A DNA stretch of 53,709 nt from a virus (lineage: Duplodnaviria > Caudoviricetes), in the IMG/VR virus record IMGVR_UViG_3300044999_000048, positions 1 to 53,709 of that record, one strand, 5' to 3'. Position numbers and translations under genes: made by a program. Below the pieces are notes generated by a model. It was not told the origin of the DNA, made no database searches, and worked only from the letters and a program-made list of their open reading frames with translations. Shown piece by piece: positions 45,211 through 53,708 of the stretch. How positions within the stretch are numbered: position 1 is the first letter of the stretch; each line of letters begins with the position of its first letter.

Positions 45211-45386
45211 TGATCCTCGAAGTCAGTGCCATCGTCTTTTAGAGCGATCCCATGCATGTCGATCACGACGCCATCGCCGTTCTTGTAGTCACGAAAAGCG
45301 TGCTCGTAGCCGGCTGCTTCCAGTTTTTCCTTAATCTCCTTGTAAGCAGCGGTGCTGATTTCGAGAATAGCGTAGGTATGAGTCAC
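45207..45386 (-). CDS. Small hypothetical protein (59 aa)
   Basis: MTHTYAILEISTAAYKEIKEKLEAAGYEHAF...IDMHGIAL; fills the gap with 4-nt overlaps at both ends. Confidence 0.6.
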   Translation of the reverse strand: MTHTYAILEISTAAYKEIKEKLEAAGYEHAFRDYKNGDGVVIDMHGIALKDDGTDFEDQ

Positions 45387-45994
45387 AGCCAGTTATTTTT
45401 CACCGCCGTTTCTAAACACTCCCCTGCAATTTGCGAGGCCGATTTCCCGTGGTTCGCGGCAATCTGCTTCAGCGCCGCCAGCGTCTCCGGTGACGGGCGC
45501 ACCATCAGTCCGCCACTAAACGAAACAGATTCCTTCTTTTCCAGTTGCTCCCTCAAATTTGTACGCTCTTGAAAGATGGCGAATACTTCGCCGAGCAATT
45601 CCGAACCATGCCGCACACGTTTCCCGGCGACATATTTTGACATTTGCTCGACGTCTTCCGACGAGAGAACGAACGCTCCCGGGTCCATTAGTGTGGTGCA
45701 AATCGCCACGATTGTAGCGTCGAGCCTGGCTCCAAATTTGGAGTCGAGCGCCTGCTTCAGATTGCCGGGGATAAAAATCTCGGTCTTTACGTAGCCGGGC
45801 AGCATCCGTACGGGAGCCTTGGGAGGCAAGGGCATCCTCGACGGCTGCGCGGCCATCAGTTCGCCCGTGTCCATAAAACGATGCCCGTGGGAACAGGAGT
45901 AGCCAGAACCGGTATCGGTCAAGCGCTCCATCACAGGCGGGTTGCTTCTTGCACAGGCCGGACAGCCGAGGTCCGTAGCAGTCGGCATCGTCAA
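45383..45994 (-). CDS. Hypothetical protein with N-terminal Zn ribbon and RHH-like C-terminus
   Basis: CPAC...CSHGH; LMVRPSPETLAALKQIA...GKSASQIA. Confidence 0.55.
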   Translation of the reverse strand: MTMPTATDLGCPACARSNPPVMERLTDTGSGYSCSHGHRFMDTGELMAAQPSRMPLPPKAPVRMLPGYVKTEIFIPGNLKQALDSKFGARLDATIVAICTTLMDPGAFVLSSEDVEQMSKYVAGKRVRHGSELLGEVFAIFQERTNLREQLEKKESVSFSGGLMVRPSPETLAALKQIAANHGKSASQIAGECLETAVKNNWL

Positions 45995-46003
45995 TCTCCC
46001 CGT

Positions 46004-48031
46004 CTAAAAAGTTTTCCAATCATCAGCAGCCGTGTCCTCATCGCCTGGCGGTTGCCGCTCGGTGCCTTCCAGTTGAGAATACAAAATCAACTCAGCCGGA
46101 ATCTCGCGGTCGTAATGTAGCACACCTCGCGCACTATGTGGATGGTCGTGTATAGGAGAAGCATCCGTATTGAAATAATCGCGCTTCTTCCGTTCTTCCT
46201 CGGAAACCTTGTCTCCACGAACCTCAAGCGAAGCTTTCTTGCCATAATCTGAATCATGGGCGCAAAACAAGGCGATCATGGCTGAAAAAATTCTGTCATC
46301 GTGATTTCCTTGCCCCTCAAACCTGGCACTTCCTTCTTCCGCAGCGAAGTCCAAGCACTCATCGATGAGCCACTTGCTACGAATAATGACGGATCGATCG
46401 TCGAGTGCTTCGGAAAATTTTGTAATCAGCGAATCTCGAGTCTTGATGTTGGTCCACCAACCAAGCAGGTCGGTCATGAAATTCTTGATCTTGTCGTAGT
46501 GCTTCCACCTAAAAATGTTGTAGTATCCCAACTCGCGGAAAATATGGCTATTCGTTGTCAAGCCTGGGCCGTTGCACTCCACGGCAATTTGGCAGTTGTT
46601 GTACCACTTCGCCAAGGCGCACACGACATCCCCGAGCGGCGTTGGATTGATCCATCCATGCCACTCGGCCACATACTCATCCGGCTCCACGCGCTTGCCG
46701 ATCTTGAGAACGTACGCGCTCGAGAAATCTCCGCCTTCCGCTCCTAGTGCAACGTCCACCCCGATGAAATACTTTTCTTCCTCTTGCGGCTGTTCCCAAA
46801 CAAGCAGCCGGGCACCAGGACCCTCCGCCACCGGCAAGAACTCCGCTTGCTTGGTTTCCTGCAGCCGGATGTTTGGGATTCTGGCCGAAGTCAGTGAAAT
46901 TTCGCCAAACCAAAGCGGATCACAGCACTGCAATTGCAGCACTTCGTACAGACGTTCCTTGTTGAACGCCGTGATGCCGCTGCCCTGAAACGCCTCCATC
47001 CAATCAACGCTCGGGTACTCCTGAAAAAACGCCCAAGGGTTTTTGTTGATGGCGATTGATTCCTGAATTTTTTTCCTTCGCCACAGGAAATGCCCGTTCG
47101 GAATCTCGACACTCTTTTCCTTGAGAATTTTGTCGTGAATTTCCTTTTCCTGAACCGTCAACTCGAATTTCTCTCCCGCAGGAACCGGGATGAAATACTT
47201 CCTTACCCGGTAGGATTCAATAAATACCGGACGCCAATCCACATGCCCTTCCATGGCGCCAATCCAGAGGTGGTGCCAGGCATTGTTACGGCCGCGCGCC
47301 GTCGATTCCATGACGCCCAAGGTGTCCGGAGCGTTCATGGTAGGGAAAATATGTTTGGTAAGAACATCTGGATTATCCCAAAGAGAAATTTCAGACAGTA
47401 AAACACAACGCAAGGTCTTGCCAACACCCACGCCGGTTGCCTTGTTGGCCGCCTGACAAAGAATCTGGGACCGCAAACCAGGGTTTGTGAGCCGATCCTC
47501 CGGCCGCTTGCGGTCAAACACCAGATAGGTTCCCTTGGCTTCGTAGCGCGCTTCCGGACGCATCCACCACGGCAGGCACTCGTACGCCGTGCGCGACATA
47601 TTAAATAGGTAGTCGACTTGGTCGGGATCCTGAGCAACCACGAGCGAGTTACACGCTTCCGTGAAAATGGTTTTGTGAAGAAGCCGAGCTGCTCCGTAAG
47701 TAGAAATTCCCAACTGCCTTGCTTTGAGTATGATGACCTTGGCTTTCCCGTTTTTCCTTTGTTCTTCCAGAACGATATCGTCAATGATGATTTGGCTGTC
47801 CCAAAAAACGATGACGGCCAGCCCTTCACCTTCGGTAGGAATGACGTGGTAATTCTCGGCGTAGTACCGGAAGTCCTTCATGCAGCGTTCAATTTCTATG
47901 TTGATGAAGGATTGCTCGAACGCGGTTAGGAGGGTATAGGCCGCGCGGAGGTCGTGCCCCGCACGCTCGTAATAGCTATCCAGCACTTCAATGGCTTCGT
48001 CAAGGTAAGGGTCCTTCCGTTTCAAACGCAT
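46004..48031 (-). CDS. terL: Terminase large subunit
   Basis: Walker A ILKARQLGIST, Walker B VLLSE, ESTARG, nuclease YFIGVDVA.G...DFS, AVECNGPG, HDDRI. Confidence 0.95.
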   Translation of the reverse strand: MRLKRKDPYLDEAIEVLDSYYERAGHDLRAAYTLLTAFEQSFINIEIERCMKDFRYYAENYHVIPTEGEGLAVIVFWDSQIIIDDIVLEEQRKNGKAKVIILKARQLGISTYGAARLLHKTIFTEACNSLVVAQDPDQVDYLFNMSRTAYECLPWWMRPEARYEAKGTYLVFDRKRPEDRLTNPGLRSQILCQAANKATGVGVGKTLRCVLLSEISLWDNPDVLTKHIFPTMNAPDTLGVMESTARGRNNAWHHLWIGAMEGHVDWRPVFIESYRVRKYFIPVPAGEKFELTVQEKEIHDKILKEKSVEIPNGHFLWRRKKIQESIAINKNPWAFFQEYPSVDWMEAFQGSGITAFNKERLYEVLQLQCCDPLWFGEISLTSARIPNIRLQETKQAEFLPVAEGPGARLLVWEQPQEEEKYFIGVDVALGAEGGDFSSAYVLKIGKRVEPDEYVAEWHGWINPTPLGDVVCALAKWYNNCQIAVECNGPGLTTNSHIFRELGYYNIFRWKHYDKIKNFMTDLLGWWTNIKTRDSLITKFSEALDDRSVIIRSKWLIDECLDFAAEEGSARFEGQGNHDDRIFSAMIALFCAHDSDYGKKASLEVRGDKVSEEERKKRDYFNTDASPIHDHPHSARGVLHYDREIPAELILYSQLEGTERQPPGDEDTAADDWKTF

Positions 48032-48575
48032 CGTCGAGAGGGTCTTCGCTATCTGCCGCCGGCGAAGACGCGCCTTCCCCAGGAATCAAGCCTCTCCGTT
48101 GCTGGATTTCCCGTAATCTATCCTCGAACGTAATAACCGACCGCCCCAAAACGCCAACGTTGTTTTGCACGTTAACGTTCACTCCGCCACCTGCGCCGCC
48201 ATTTTTCTTGCCAATCAAGATTTCCGTCCGCTTGGTCACTTCTTTCATGGCTTCGCCCTGCACCGTGTAATCCGGCTCTACCCCTACTTTCTTGCCCTTC
48301 GAATCGTAAACATTGTGGTGCGCATTGAGAGCCCGGGAGAGCGCCGATTCATCCTGGTCGGCAATCACCATCATGGTTTCTATTTGCCGGAGTTCCAGTT
48401 CCGACGGAGCGCAAGTCAAACGGAAAAGTTCCACCATGCGAAGCGACAGATCAACGGTTTCCTTTTGCACATTATCTTGTCTGGCGATTTCTTCGATGGA
48501 AAGCCCTTGCCGCGCGCGGTCCCACCGCGACTTGTGAATGGTGCGGGAAAGCCGGCGAAGGGAAGTGATAGCCAT
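48000..48575 (-). CDS. Probable terminase small subunit
   Basis: N-terminal HTH (GLSIEEIARQDNV); overlaps the terL start. Confidence 0.6.
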   Translation of the reverse strand: MAITSLRRLSRTIHKSRWDRARQGLSIEEIARQDNVQKETVDLSLRMVELFRLTCAPSELELRQIETMMVIADQDESALSRALNAHHNVYDSKGKKVGVEPDYTVQGEAMKEVTKRTEILIGKKNGGAGGGVNVNVQNNVGVLGRSVITFEDRLREIQQRRGLIPGEGASSPAADSEDPLDDAFETEGPLP

Positions 48576-48596
48576 GCAGACTCCAAATCTGGAGTT

Positions 48597-48956
48597 TCAA
48601 TTTTCGGTTAAGAATCGCTCAATAAGATGCTTTGCTGCACTCTCTTTATCGCTCATATGCTTACTTCCAGGATCGTACACTTGATAAAACCCTTCATCAA
48701 ACTTTCCAGGACTCTCACACACAACAGCCTGTCTCTTCCAACGCTCTTTAGGACATCCAGGGTAAGGACACTTCCCATCCGATATATCCTCAGTGATATG
48801 ACGGAAGGTTAGACCTTCAAAAACAAAAGTCTCGGTGGATGGCAAAGCCAAATATTCACGGATAGTTCGCCTCTTTGGTGTAACAGAAAATTTAAGCAAT
48901 GGCGAAACCACAGGCAAACTTGAAATGTATTTCAGGATGCTTCTACGGCCATTCAT
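48597..48956 (-). CDS. Hypothetical protein with RR-type N-terminus, low GC
   Basis: MNGRRSILKYISSLPVV; SD AGGAG. Confidence 0.5.
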   Translation of the reverse strand: MNGRRSILKYISSLPVVSPLLKFSVTPKRRTIREYLALPSTETFVFEGLTFRHITEDISDGKCPYPGCPKERWKRQAVVCESPGKFDEGFYQVYDPGSKHMSDKESAAKHLIERFLTEN

Positions 48957-48966
48957 AAAACTCCTC

Positions 48967-49410
48967 CTAAATCGGTTCCTCGAGTGCTACTTCCGCAGCA
49001 GCTTCTCGCGCCGCGGCTTTTTCTTCCGAGTATCCAGAAAAACGGCCGGAGCCGGTAGGCGGCGCTACGGCAGAGGTACGCATCGCGCCGTCCATTTCAT
49101 TCTTGCTCACCGCGAACTGGTAGAACAGTCCAATGGTTTTATCGAGGGCTTCCATCTTTTGCAGCATCGCGGCCCCTTGCTTGCCCATCAGGATCATAGC
49201 ATTGCCCAGGCGAGTAAACTCCTCGCTCTTGAGCAAAGGAGCAACAGCACGGAGCGCCTCGGTGGCGGACTCCAGGGATTTCCTGAAACTATGAACCGTT
49301 TGCACGAGTTTTACGGCGAGGTAGATGGCTCCGCCAAAAATGATGACGAAGAAGAAAGTGCCGATCACACCGAACACGGCGTAAAGCGCAGGAGTCATCC
49401 ACGTCTCCAT
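48967..49410 (-). CDS. Membrane-anchored coiled-coil protein
   Basis: N-terminal TM helix. Confidence 0.6.
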   Translation of the reverse strand: METWMTPALYAVFGVIGTFFFVIIFGGAIYLAVKLVQTVHSFRKSLESATEALRAVAPLLKSEEFTRLGNAMILMGKQGAAMLQKMEALDKTIGLFYQFAVSKNEMDGAMRTSAVAPPTGSGRFSGYSEEKAAAREAAAEVALEEPI

Positions 49411-49422
49411 ATTTGGAGTTTT

Positions 49423-49644
49423 TCAAACATCGAACTGGTCCCGGTGGTGCTCGCAGGAACATCGCACCCGGCGAGAAACGCCGGCATTGGTCCCGGTACG
49501 CCCTTCTCCTGTGTTCACCAGGCCGTACAAGCCGCACCGCGCGTGCTCCCCAATCGCGCAATAGTACAAAAGTTGCCGCGGCAAAAGATTCTTCGGCGCT
49601 CGCAGTGGCGCAGGATCTCCAAAAATCTCATCCAGATCGTCCAC
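49423..49644 (-). CDS. Small Cys/His protein
   Basis: C..G.H..C...CSC.HH. Confidence 0.5.
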   Translation of the reverse strand: MDDLDEIFGDPAPLRAPKNLLPRQLLYYCAIGEHARCGLYGLVNTGEGRTGTNAGVSRRVRCSCEHHRDQFDV

Positions 49645-49924
49645 GGTTTTTTGCGTCCTCGTAGTGAATATTCATCCCGTTGTAGTAAATCAACTGTGCT
49701 TCAAAACCACACTCACAGGTATCGCAAAAAAACTTCACCTTGTTTTGCTCAACGCGGCCTTTCTTGTCCCGAACCGGCACACAGGCCATCCGGCTTCCAC
49801 AGTCCGAGCAAATCGCTTGCGGAAGCTGCAAGGGCGCCAGGTCTAGAAAGGTTTTCTTCTTTTTGGCCGGAGCTGTGGCAGATGCAGACGTTTGCGCCTC
49901 GCTCGCGGCCGGTTGATCGCTCAT
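49628..49924 (-). CDS. Zn-ribbon protein
   Basis: CSDCG...CDTC. Confidence 0.55.
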   Translation of the reverse strand: MSDQPAASEAQTSASATAPAKKKKTFLDLAPLQLPQAICSDCGSRMACVPVRDKKGRVEQNKVKFFCDTCECGFEAQLIYYNGMNIHYEDAKNRGRSG

Positions 49925-50238
49925 GCCAGCTCCTCCTCGGCCCCATCAGAAATAGGCGGTGGCGGGGACGACAGTGTCGGCTCAGCCCTTGTGTTCGACC
50001 TTCTTACGGGCAAGCGTGCCACCACACGCTCCGCCTTGCGGGCGCGCACGTCCTGAGAAATTTCCTCGAGGCTGCCTCCGCACTTCCGGCAGAGGATTTT
50101 CATTAACGGAACCAGCGCGCCGCTTTTTGGCTCGACCGCTTCCGACTCCATTAAACTGACAATGTCGTGCCCATGCACCCGGCAAACAGCCGTCATCGTA
50201 ACCCTATCCATCGGCATAACCTCTCCTAGTTGCGCCAA
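49921..50238 (-). CDS. Small Cys/His protein (start uncertain)
   Basis: CRVHGH...CRKCG. Confidence 0.5.
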   Translation of the reverse strand: MAQLGEVMPMDRVTMTAVCRVHGHDIVSLMESEAVEPKSGALVPLMKILCRKCGGSLEEISQDVRARKAERVVARLPVRRSNTRAEPTLSSPPPPISDGAEEELA

Positions 50239-50528
50239 TTGGTTGGCGGAGATTTTTCAGGTTCTTTTTCCGGCTCGCAAAAATTCGGATTGTCCATCAT
50301 GGCTTCGAGCACCACGTCCATGAGCATACCCGGCGTTGCGGGGACCATAGTTCCTTCCGCATTCCGGTAGCTAAGATTGGAAAGCAGGCCGGTCAGCAGC
50401 CGTTGCGTTTCCGCATCCCGCAGCCGCACGCACACGAGATAAACCACATCGCCGTTGCTGCGAATCAGTTCGATCGCCTGGTGCAAGCTTTTGAGAAGTT
50501 GCTGACGTCTCTCTTCTGCGGGATCCAT
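50226..50528 (-). CDS. Hypothetical protein
   Basis: Likely start MDPAEERR. Confidence 0.5.
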   Translation of the reverse strand: MDPAEERRQQLLKSLHQAIELIRSNGDVVYLVCVRLRDAETQRLLTGLLSNLSYRNAEGTMVPATPGMLMDVVLEAMMDNPNFCEPEKEPEKSPPTNWRN

Positions 50529-50575
50529 GGGGAAGTTTCTACCACAACATAAAATAAACAACAAGCGTTTAATTT

Positions 50576-50860
50576 TTATGCGATGAAGGTGAAGGCATCC
50601 GAATCAAACTGAGCCACCGGCAGAATAGCTTGAACGTAGCCACACATCGGACAGACCGCCAATTTTTTAGGCACCCCACCCACAGAAGCTTGTTTTATGT
50701 CGTAAGAATTGATGGAGTGCGAACAGCCAGGCGCGAACATACCATTCTTCTCGCCCACTGTTTGGGTTGGGTCCGTAACGATGTGCCCGATCCCGCCGGG
50801 CTGCTTCGGCACCGGCTGGTACGGTTCCGGTAAAAGCTGTCCCAATGCTGGATCGGCCAT
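50576..50860 (-). CDS. Small Cys-containing protein
   Basis: GCSH...CPMCG. Confidence 0.5.
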   Translation of the reverse strand: MADPALGQLLPEPYQPVPKQPGGIGHIVTDPTQTVGEKNGMFAPGCSHSINSYDIKQASVGGVPKKLAVCPMCGYVQAILPVAQFDSDAFTFIA

Positions 50861-50881
50861 GCGGGAATACTATCACGAAGA

Positions 50882-50955
50882 TGGTAGCGGGGCTCAGAAT
50901 TGAACTGAGGTCTGTGGCTTATGAGGCCACCGGATTACCGCTTTCCTACCCCGCG
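50882..50955 (-). tRNA. tRNA-Met(CAT), initiator-like
   Basis: CGCGGGG...CCCCGCT-A-CCA with C1:U72 mismatch; anticodon arm GTGGC-CTCATAA-GCCAC; GTTCAA T-loop. Confidence 0.9.
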
Positions 50956-50966
50956 TCCGAAGTCTA

Positions 50967-51134
50967 CTATAGATCGTCCCGTTTCGCCTTCCGAAGTTCC
51001 TCACTGATCATTCTCAACACTTCCGGGACCACAGCGTTGAGCATCGGCACGGAGAACCGTTCCTGGTCGGGCGACATCCCTTGTCGCTCGATCGCCGCCT
51101 TCAGGCGCTTGCGGATTTCGATAACTCCAATCAC
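50967..51134 (-). CDS. Small hypothetical protein (55 aa) between tRNAs
   Basis: SD GGAG then GTG: MIGVIEIRKRLKAAIERQG...; ends TAG TAG. Confidence 0.5.
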   Translation of the reverse strand: MIGVIEIRKRLKAAIERQGMSPDQERFSVPMLNAVVPEVLRMISEELRKAKRDDL

Positions 51135-51147
51135 TGGCAACTCCAAC

Positions 51148-51223
51148 TGGTGTGCCCGGTGGGACTTGAACCCACAACACCTTGCTTAAAAGGCAAGTGC
51201 GCTGCCAATTGCGCCACGAGCAC
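51148..51223 (-). tRNA. tRNA-Lys(TTT)
   Basis: Canonical cloverleaf; anticodon arm CTTGC-CTTTTAA-GCAAG; GGTTCAAGTCC; encoded CCA. Confidence 0.93.
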
Positions 51224-51234
51224 AAAATTTAATG

Positions 51235-51311
51235 TGGAGCCCCTGGATAGCGTCCAGCTACCGCCCCCCCGGTTATATGCCGGGTGCTCTTATGGGCTGA
51301 GCTACAGGGGC
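51235..51311 (-). ncRNA. Non-canonical tRNA-like RNA (anticodon position TAT)
   Basis: GCCCCTG/CAGGGGC-T-CCA; all four stems pair, but A33, no D-loop GG, and T-loop CTGGACG. Confidence 0.7.
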
Positions 51312-51313
51312 AC

Positions 51314-51400
51314 TGGAGTGCGAGTGATTGCCTGTGCAGAACCTCCGTTGCGTACCCTTCTGCCAAGGGCCGCATATAGTTTTCAGGTTTACACTCGCAC
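51314..51400 (-). ncRNA. CCA-ended structured RNA of unknown class
   Basis: 9-bp terminal stem GTGCGAGTG/CACTCGCAC plus TCCA; inner CCTG/CAGG and TGCG-GCCCTT/AAGGGT-ACGCA helices. Confidence 0.55.
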
Positions 51401-51422
51401 CTTGGCCGTGAAGCCAAGATCG

Positions 51423-51641
51423 TTACGCGCTGGCTGCTTCTTCGGTGGGCGCCTCATCGGTCGCGGGCGTTTCGTCGACCACCGCGGGCGCTTCGACGGC
51501 AGGCTTGCCAAAATCCACTTCGATCGCTTCGCGCCGGCGCTGCACGTAGCCCGGCACCGCCCCGCCTGTAATCCCATGCCCGGTCAGGAATTTTTCGAGC
51601 AGGTCCATTTCTTCCAGCCGAATTTGCTTTTCATCGTTCAT
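51423..51641 (-). CDS. Small acidic protein
   Basis: MNDEKQIRLEE...; SD supplied by the palindrome at 51648. Confidence 0.55.
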   Translation of the reverse strand: MNDEKQIRLEEMDLLEKFLTGHGITGGAVPGYVQRRREAIEVDFGKPAVEAPAVVDETPATDEAPTEEAASA

Positions 51642-51678
51642 CGTCGTCTCCAAATTTGGAATCCTCGAAACCGCAGGC

Positions 51679-51707
51679 AGTATACACGCGCTTGCTGTTT
51701 GGTGCAA
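51679..51707 (-). promoter_or_regulatory. Sigma70-like promoter for the tRNA/packaging region
   Basis: TTGCAC-17 nt-TATACT; spacer contains AAACAGCAAGCG. Confidence 0.7.
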
Positions 51708-51710
51708 GAT

Positions 51711-51830
51711 TTATTGCAACACCCTGTCCACGACCCGCCAAGCCCAGTAGGCTGCTCCTAAAGCCAAAGCCAGCAGCAGGAGCCACAAAATCGCAGCCCG
51801 GACATACGTTCTTTGTCTAGGATCGCTCAT
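51711..51830 (-). CDS. 39-aa single-TM peptide
   Basis: MSDPRQRTYVRAAILWLLLLALALGAAYWAWRVVDRVLQ; SD AAGGA. Confidence 0.5.
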   Translation of the reverse strand: MSDPRQRTYVRAAILWLLLLALALGAAYWAWRVVDRVLQ

Positions 51831-51852
51831 TGGGGGATTTTCCTTTTTTTTT

Positions 51853-52242
51853 CTAAAGATCTTCCCAGGGCGGCGTCCACTCCCAAATCGCTTGATGGCC
51901 AGTCGCTACAATAGGCTCATCGAACCGGCGAACCCTCCGCAACTTCCAGCCCCACCGCCCAGGATAGAAATCCCCATAATCATCCTTGATGCCGCGAACG
52001 TTTTCCTCTGTAAATTGCAGGTATTGTTCCAAGATGTGCGTCGAGACTACCGCGCCCCGCGGAATATAGTCAGGATCGTAGCCGAAATCCACACAGGCAG
52101 ACTTGTCTACCGTCTTCGCGGCGTGAATGGCAATCTCCCGTCCGAGCAAGAAATCCGAACCCTTCCAGTGCCGTGTCTCCCACAGCTTGCGGCCGTCCGC
52201 CATCAGGGAAGCCCAGGGTTGATGAAGCGAAAGAGTCCTCAT
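51853..52242 (-). CDS. ASCH-domain protein
   Basis: MRTLSLHQPWASL...G.K.WETR.W...IAIHA...P.GAVV...W.W.L...PI.A.G.Q.IW; ATGA overlap with the upstream gene. Confidence 0.88.
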   Translation of the reverse strand: MRTLSLHQPWASLMADGRKLWETRHWKGSDFLLGREIAIHAAKTVDKSACVDFGYDPDYIPRGAVVSTHILEQYLQFTEENVRGIKDDYGDFYPGRWGWKLRRVRRFDEPIVATGHQAIWEWTPPWEDL

Positions 52243-53189
52243 AAGATTGGGAACTGGTTCCATTCCCGGCCATCGAGCGCGCGTCCCGCCGCCCGCTTCC
52301 CAACCCACTCTAGAACGGCGGAGCCGAATGAATCGAAATGCCGTGGATATTCAGACACTTCCACGGCATGGCCTCCCCTCTCCGGCACGATCGCGAACCG
52401 TCCTGGAGTTCCAGTCGGCTTTCCGTAACTCCAACCCCACTCGCCGACCTGTTTGAAGTGAAACGCGACACCCGCCGCCACACATTGATCCCTGACAGCA
52501 CGCGCCCAGCTAGGGTGCATCGGTCGCGCGTTAGGTCCGCTCTCACCACCACAGACGATCCAATCAAGATTTGGTAACCCAAAGCTGTGACCAAACGCAT
52601 TCGTGAAGTTAGGGGAACAAAGATTCGTGAAATCCACCGGGCCAAGCGCCGGTTCGTAAGACACCCAGCGAATCGCCGCCGGCGTCTGCAAGAGAAGAGG
52701 AATGCGCTCGTCGGCAGTCTTTTGATCTTCGACGGATACACCCATCCAAACATTGTGCGGTGGCGCTGGGGAGATCCGCCCTTCATACAGATGCCGCATC
52801 CATGCAAGCATTCGCTCCGGTCGCTTTGTCAAACACTGAAACGTATGCTGCTCGGACTGAATCATCACGTTGAAAATCTTGACGAGCCATTCATCGGAGA
52901 CTTTTTCGTGGAACAGATCACTCATAGAATTGACAAAAATCATGCGCGGACGCTTCCAGTGGATTGGGTCTTCCAGGTGTTCCTCAATAAATTTAATTTC
53001 ACCGGTCCAATGCGGATTGCTATTTTTGTAGATCGCTAACCCTTCGTATGGCCGTCCGGAACCTGAAAATCGTGCAGCAACGCGTTCCGCATAACAATTG
53101 CGGCATCCTTCAGATACGCGCGAGCAGCCGCGGATCGGATTCCAGGTTTCTTCACACCAACTAATCCCATGCTTGCCTTGCTTCGCCAT
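52239..53189 (-). CDS. Phage Gp37/Gp68 (DUF5131) radical-SAM-like protein
   Basis: ISWC..TWNP..GC..VS.GC.NCYA, FVNSMSDLFH, LTKRPER, SYEP.LGP, WIVCGGESG..ARP, FKQ.G. Confidence 0.92.
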   Translation of the reverse strand: MAKQGKHGISWCEETWNPIRGCSRVSEGCRNCYAERVAARFSGSGRPYEGLAIYKNSNPHWTGEIKFIEEHLEDPIHWKRPRMIFVNSMSDLFHEKVSDEWLVKIFNVMIQSEQHTFQCLTKRPERMLAWMRHLYEGRISPAPPHNVWMGVSVEDQKTADERIPLLLQTPAAIRWVSYEPALGPVDFTNLCSPNFTNAFGHSFGLPNLDWIVCGGESGPNARPMHPSWARAVRDQCVAAGVAFHFKQVGEWGWSYGKPTGTPGRFAIVPERGGHAVEVSEYPRHFDSFGSAVLEWVGKRAAGRALDGREWNQFPIL

Positions 53190-53190
53190 C

Positions 53191-53373
53191 TCAAAAAATC
53201 TCCACTTCTTCGGCCATCTGCTTCGCGGTTTGCGCGAACTGCTCGAGCCACTGCCAGTTCTCAAGCTCCCGCCACACCGGGTCACCAGGATCTTCCGGAA
53301 TGCCGCCACCAATCAGTTCGCCACGTTTCCGATCGATCGCGGCAAGCGCGCGGCCCCAGTAGTAGGCGCTCAC
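53191..53373 (-). CDS. Small hypothetical protein
   Basis: 60-aa ORF ending just before the DUF5131 start. Confidence 0.45.
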   Translation of the reverse strand: MSAYYWGRALAAIDRKRGELIGGGIPEDPGDPVWRELENWQWLEQFAQTAKQMAEEVEIF

Positions 53374-53540
53374 TTGGTGCCCCGGCTAGCCCGGTCTTTC
53401 TCAATCGCTATTTGTTCACAACGCAGACAAATCTCACGACCTTCAAAATACCCCGTCACAAATCGATCACCGCAAATTTTGCACTTCCTTTCTCGCGTAG
53501 CAGCATCACCTATGCCACCAGTCCCTGTCATAAAAACTTC

Positions 53541-53708
53541 CTAGACTACCCTCACCCAGCCGGCCCGCACGGCGTAGAGCGTTAGCTCGGCAATATGATG
53601 AATCCCAAGCGCGCGGTAGATCAGCGTCCGGTGCGTCTCCACCGTCTTCACACTTAATTCTAAATCGCCCGCTACCTGTTTCGAGCTTTTCCCGCACGCT
53701 AGCAGCGT
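53541..53708 (-). CDS. LuxR/GerE-type HTH regulator, C-terminal part (5' end off the window)
   Basis: LLACGKSSKQVAGDLELSVKTVETHRTLIYRALGIHHIAELTLYAVRAG. Confidence 0.85.
   Translation of the reverse strand, partial: TLLACGKSSKQVAGDLELSVKTVETHRTLIYRALGIHHIAELTLYAVRAGWVRVV

Noticed and set aside
48835-50106. 423-aa plus-strand ORF and other long antisense ORFs in the track
   Set aside because: They are shadows of tightly packed minus-strand genes, with no motifs or SD.
50882-51400. tRNA cluster as a prophage attachment boundary
   Set aside because: Phage-type genes continue on both sides on the same strand; no duplicated tRNA 3' end or integrase is visible.
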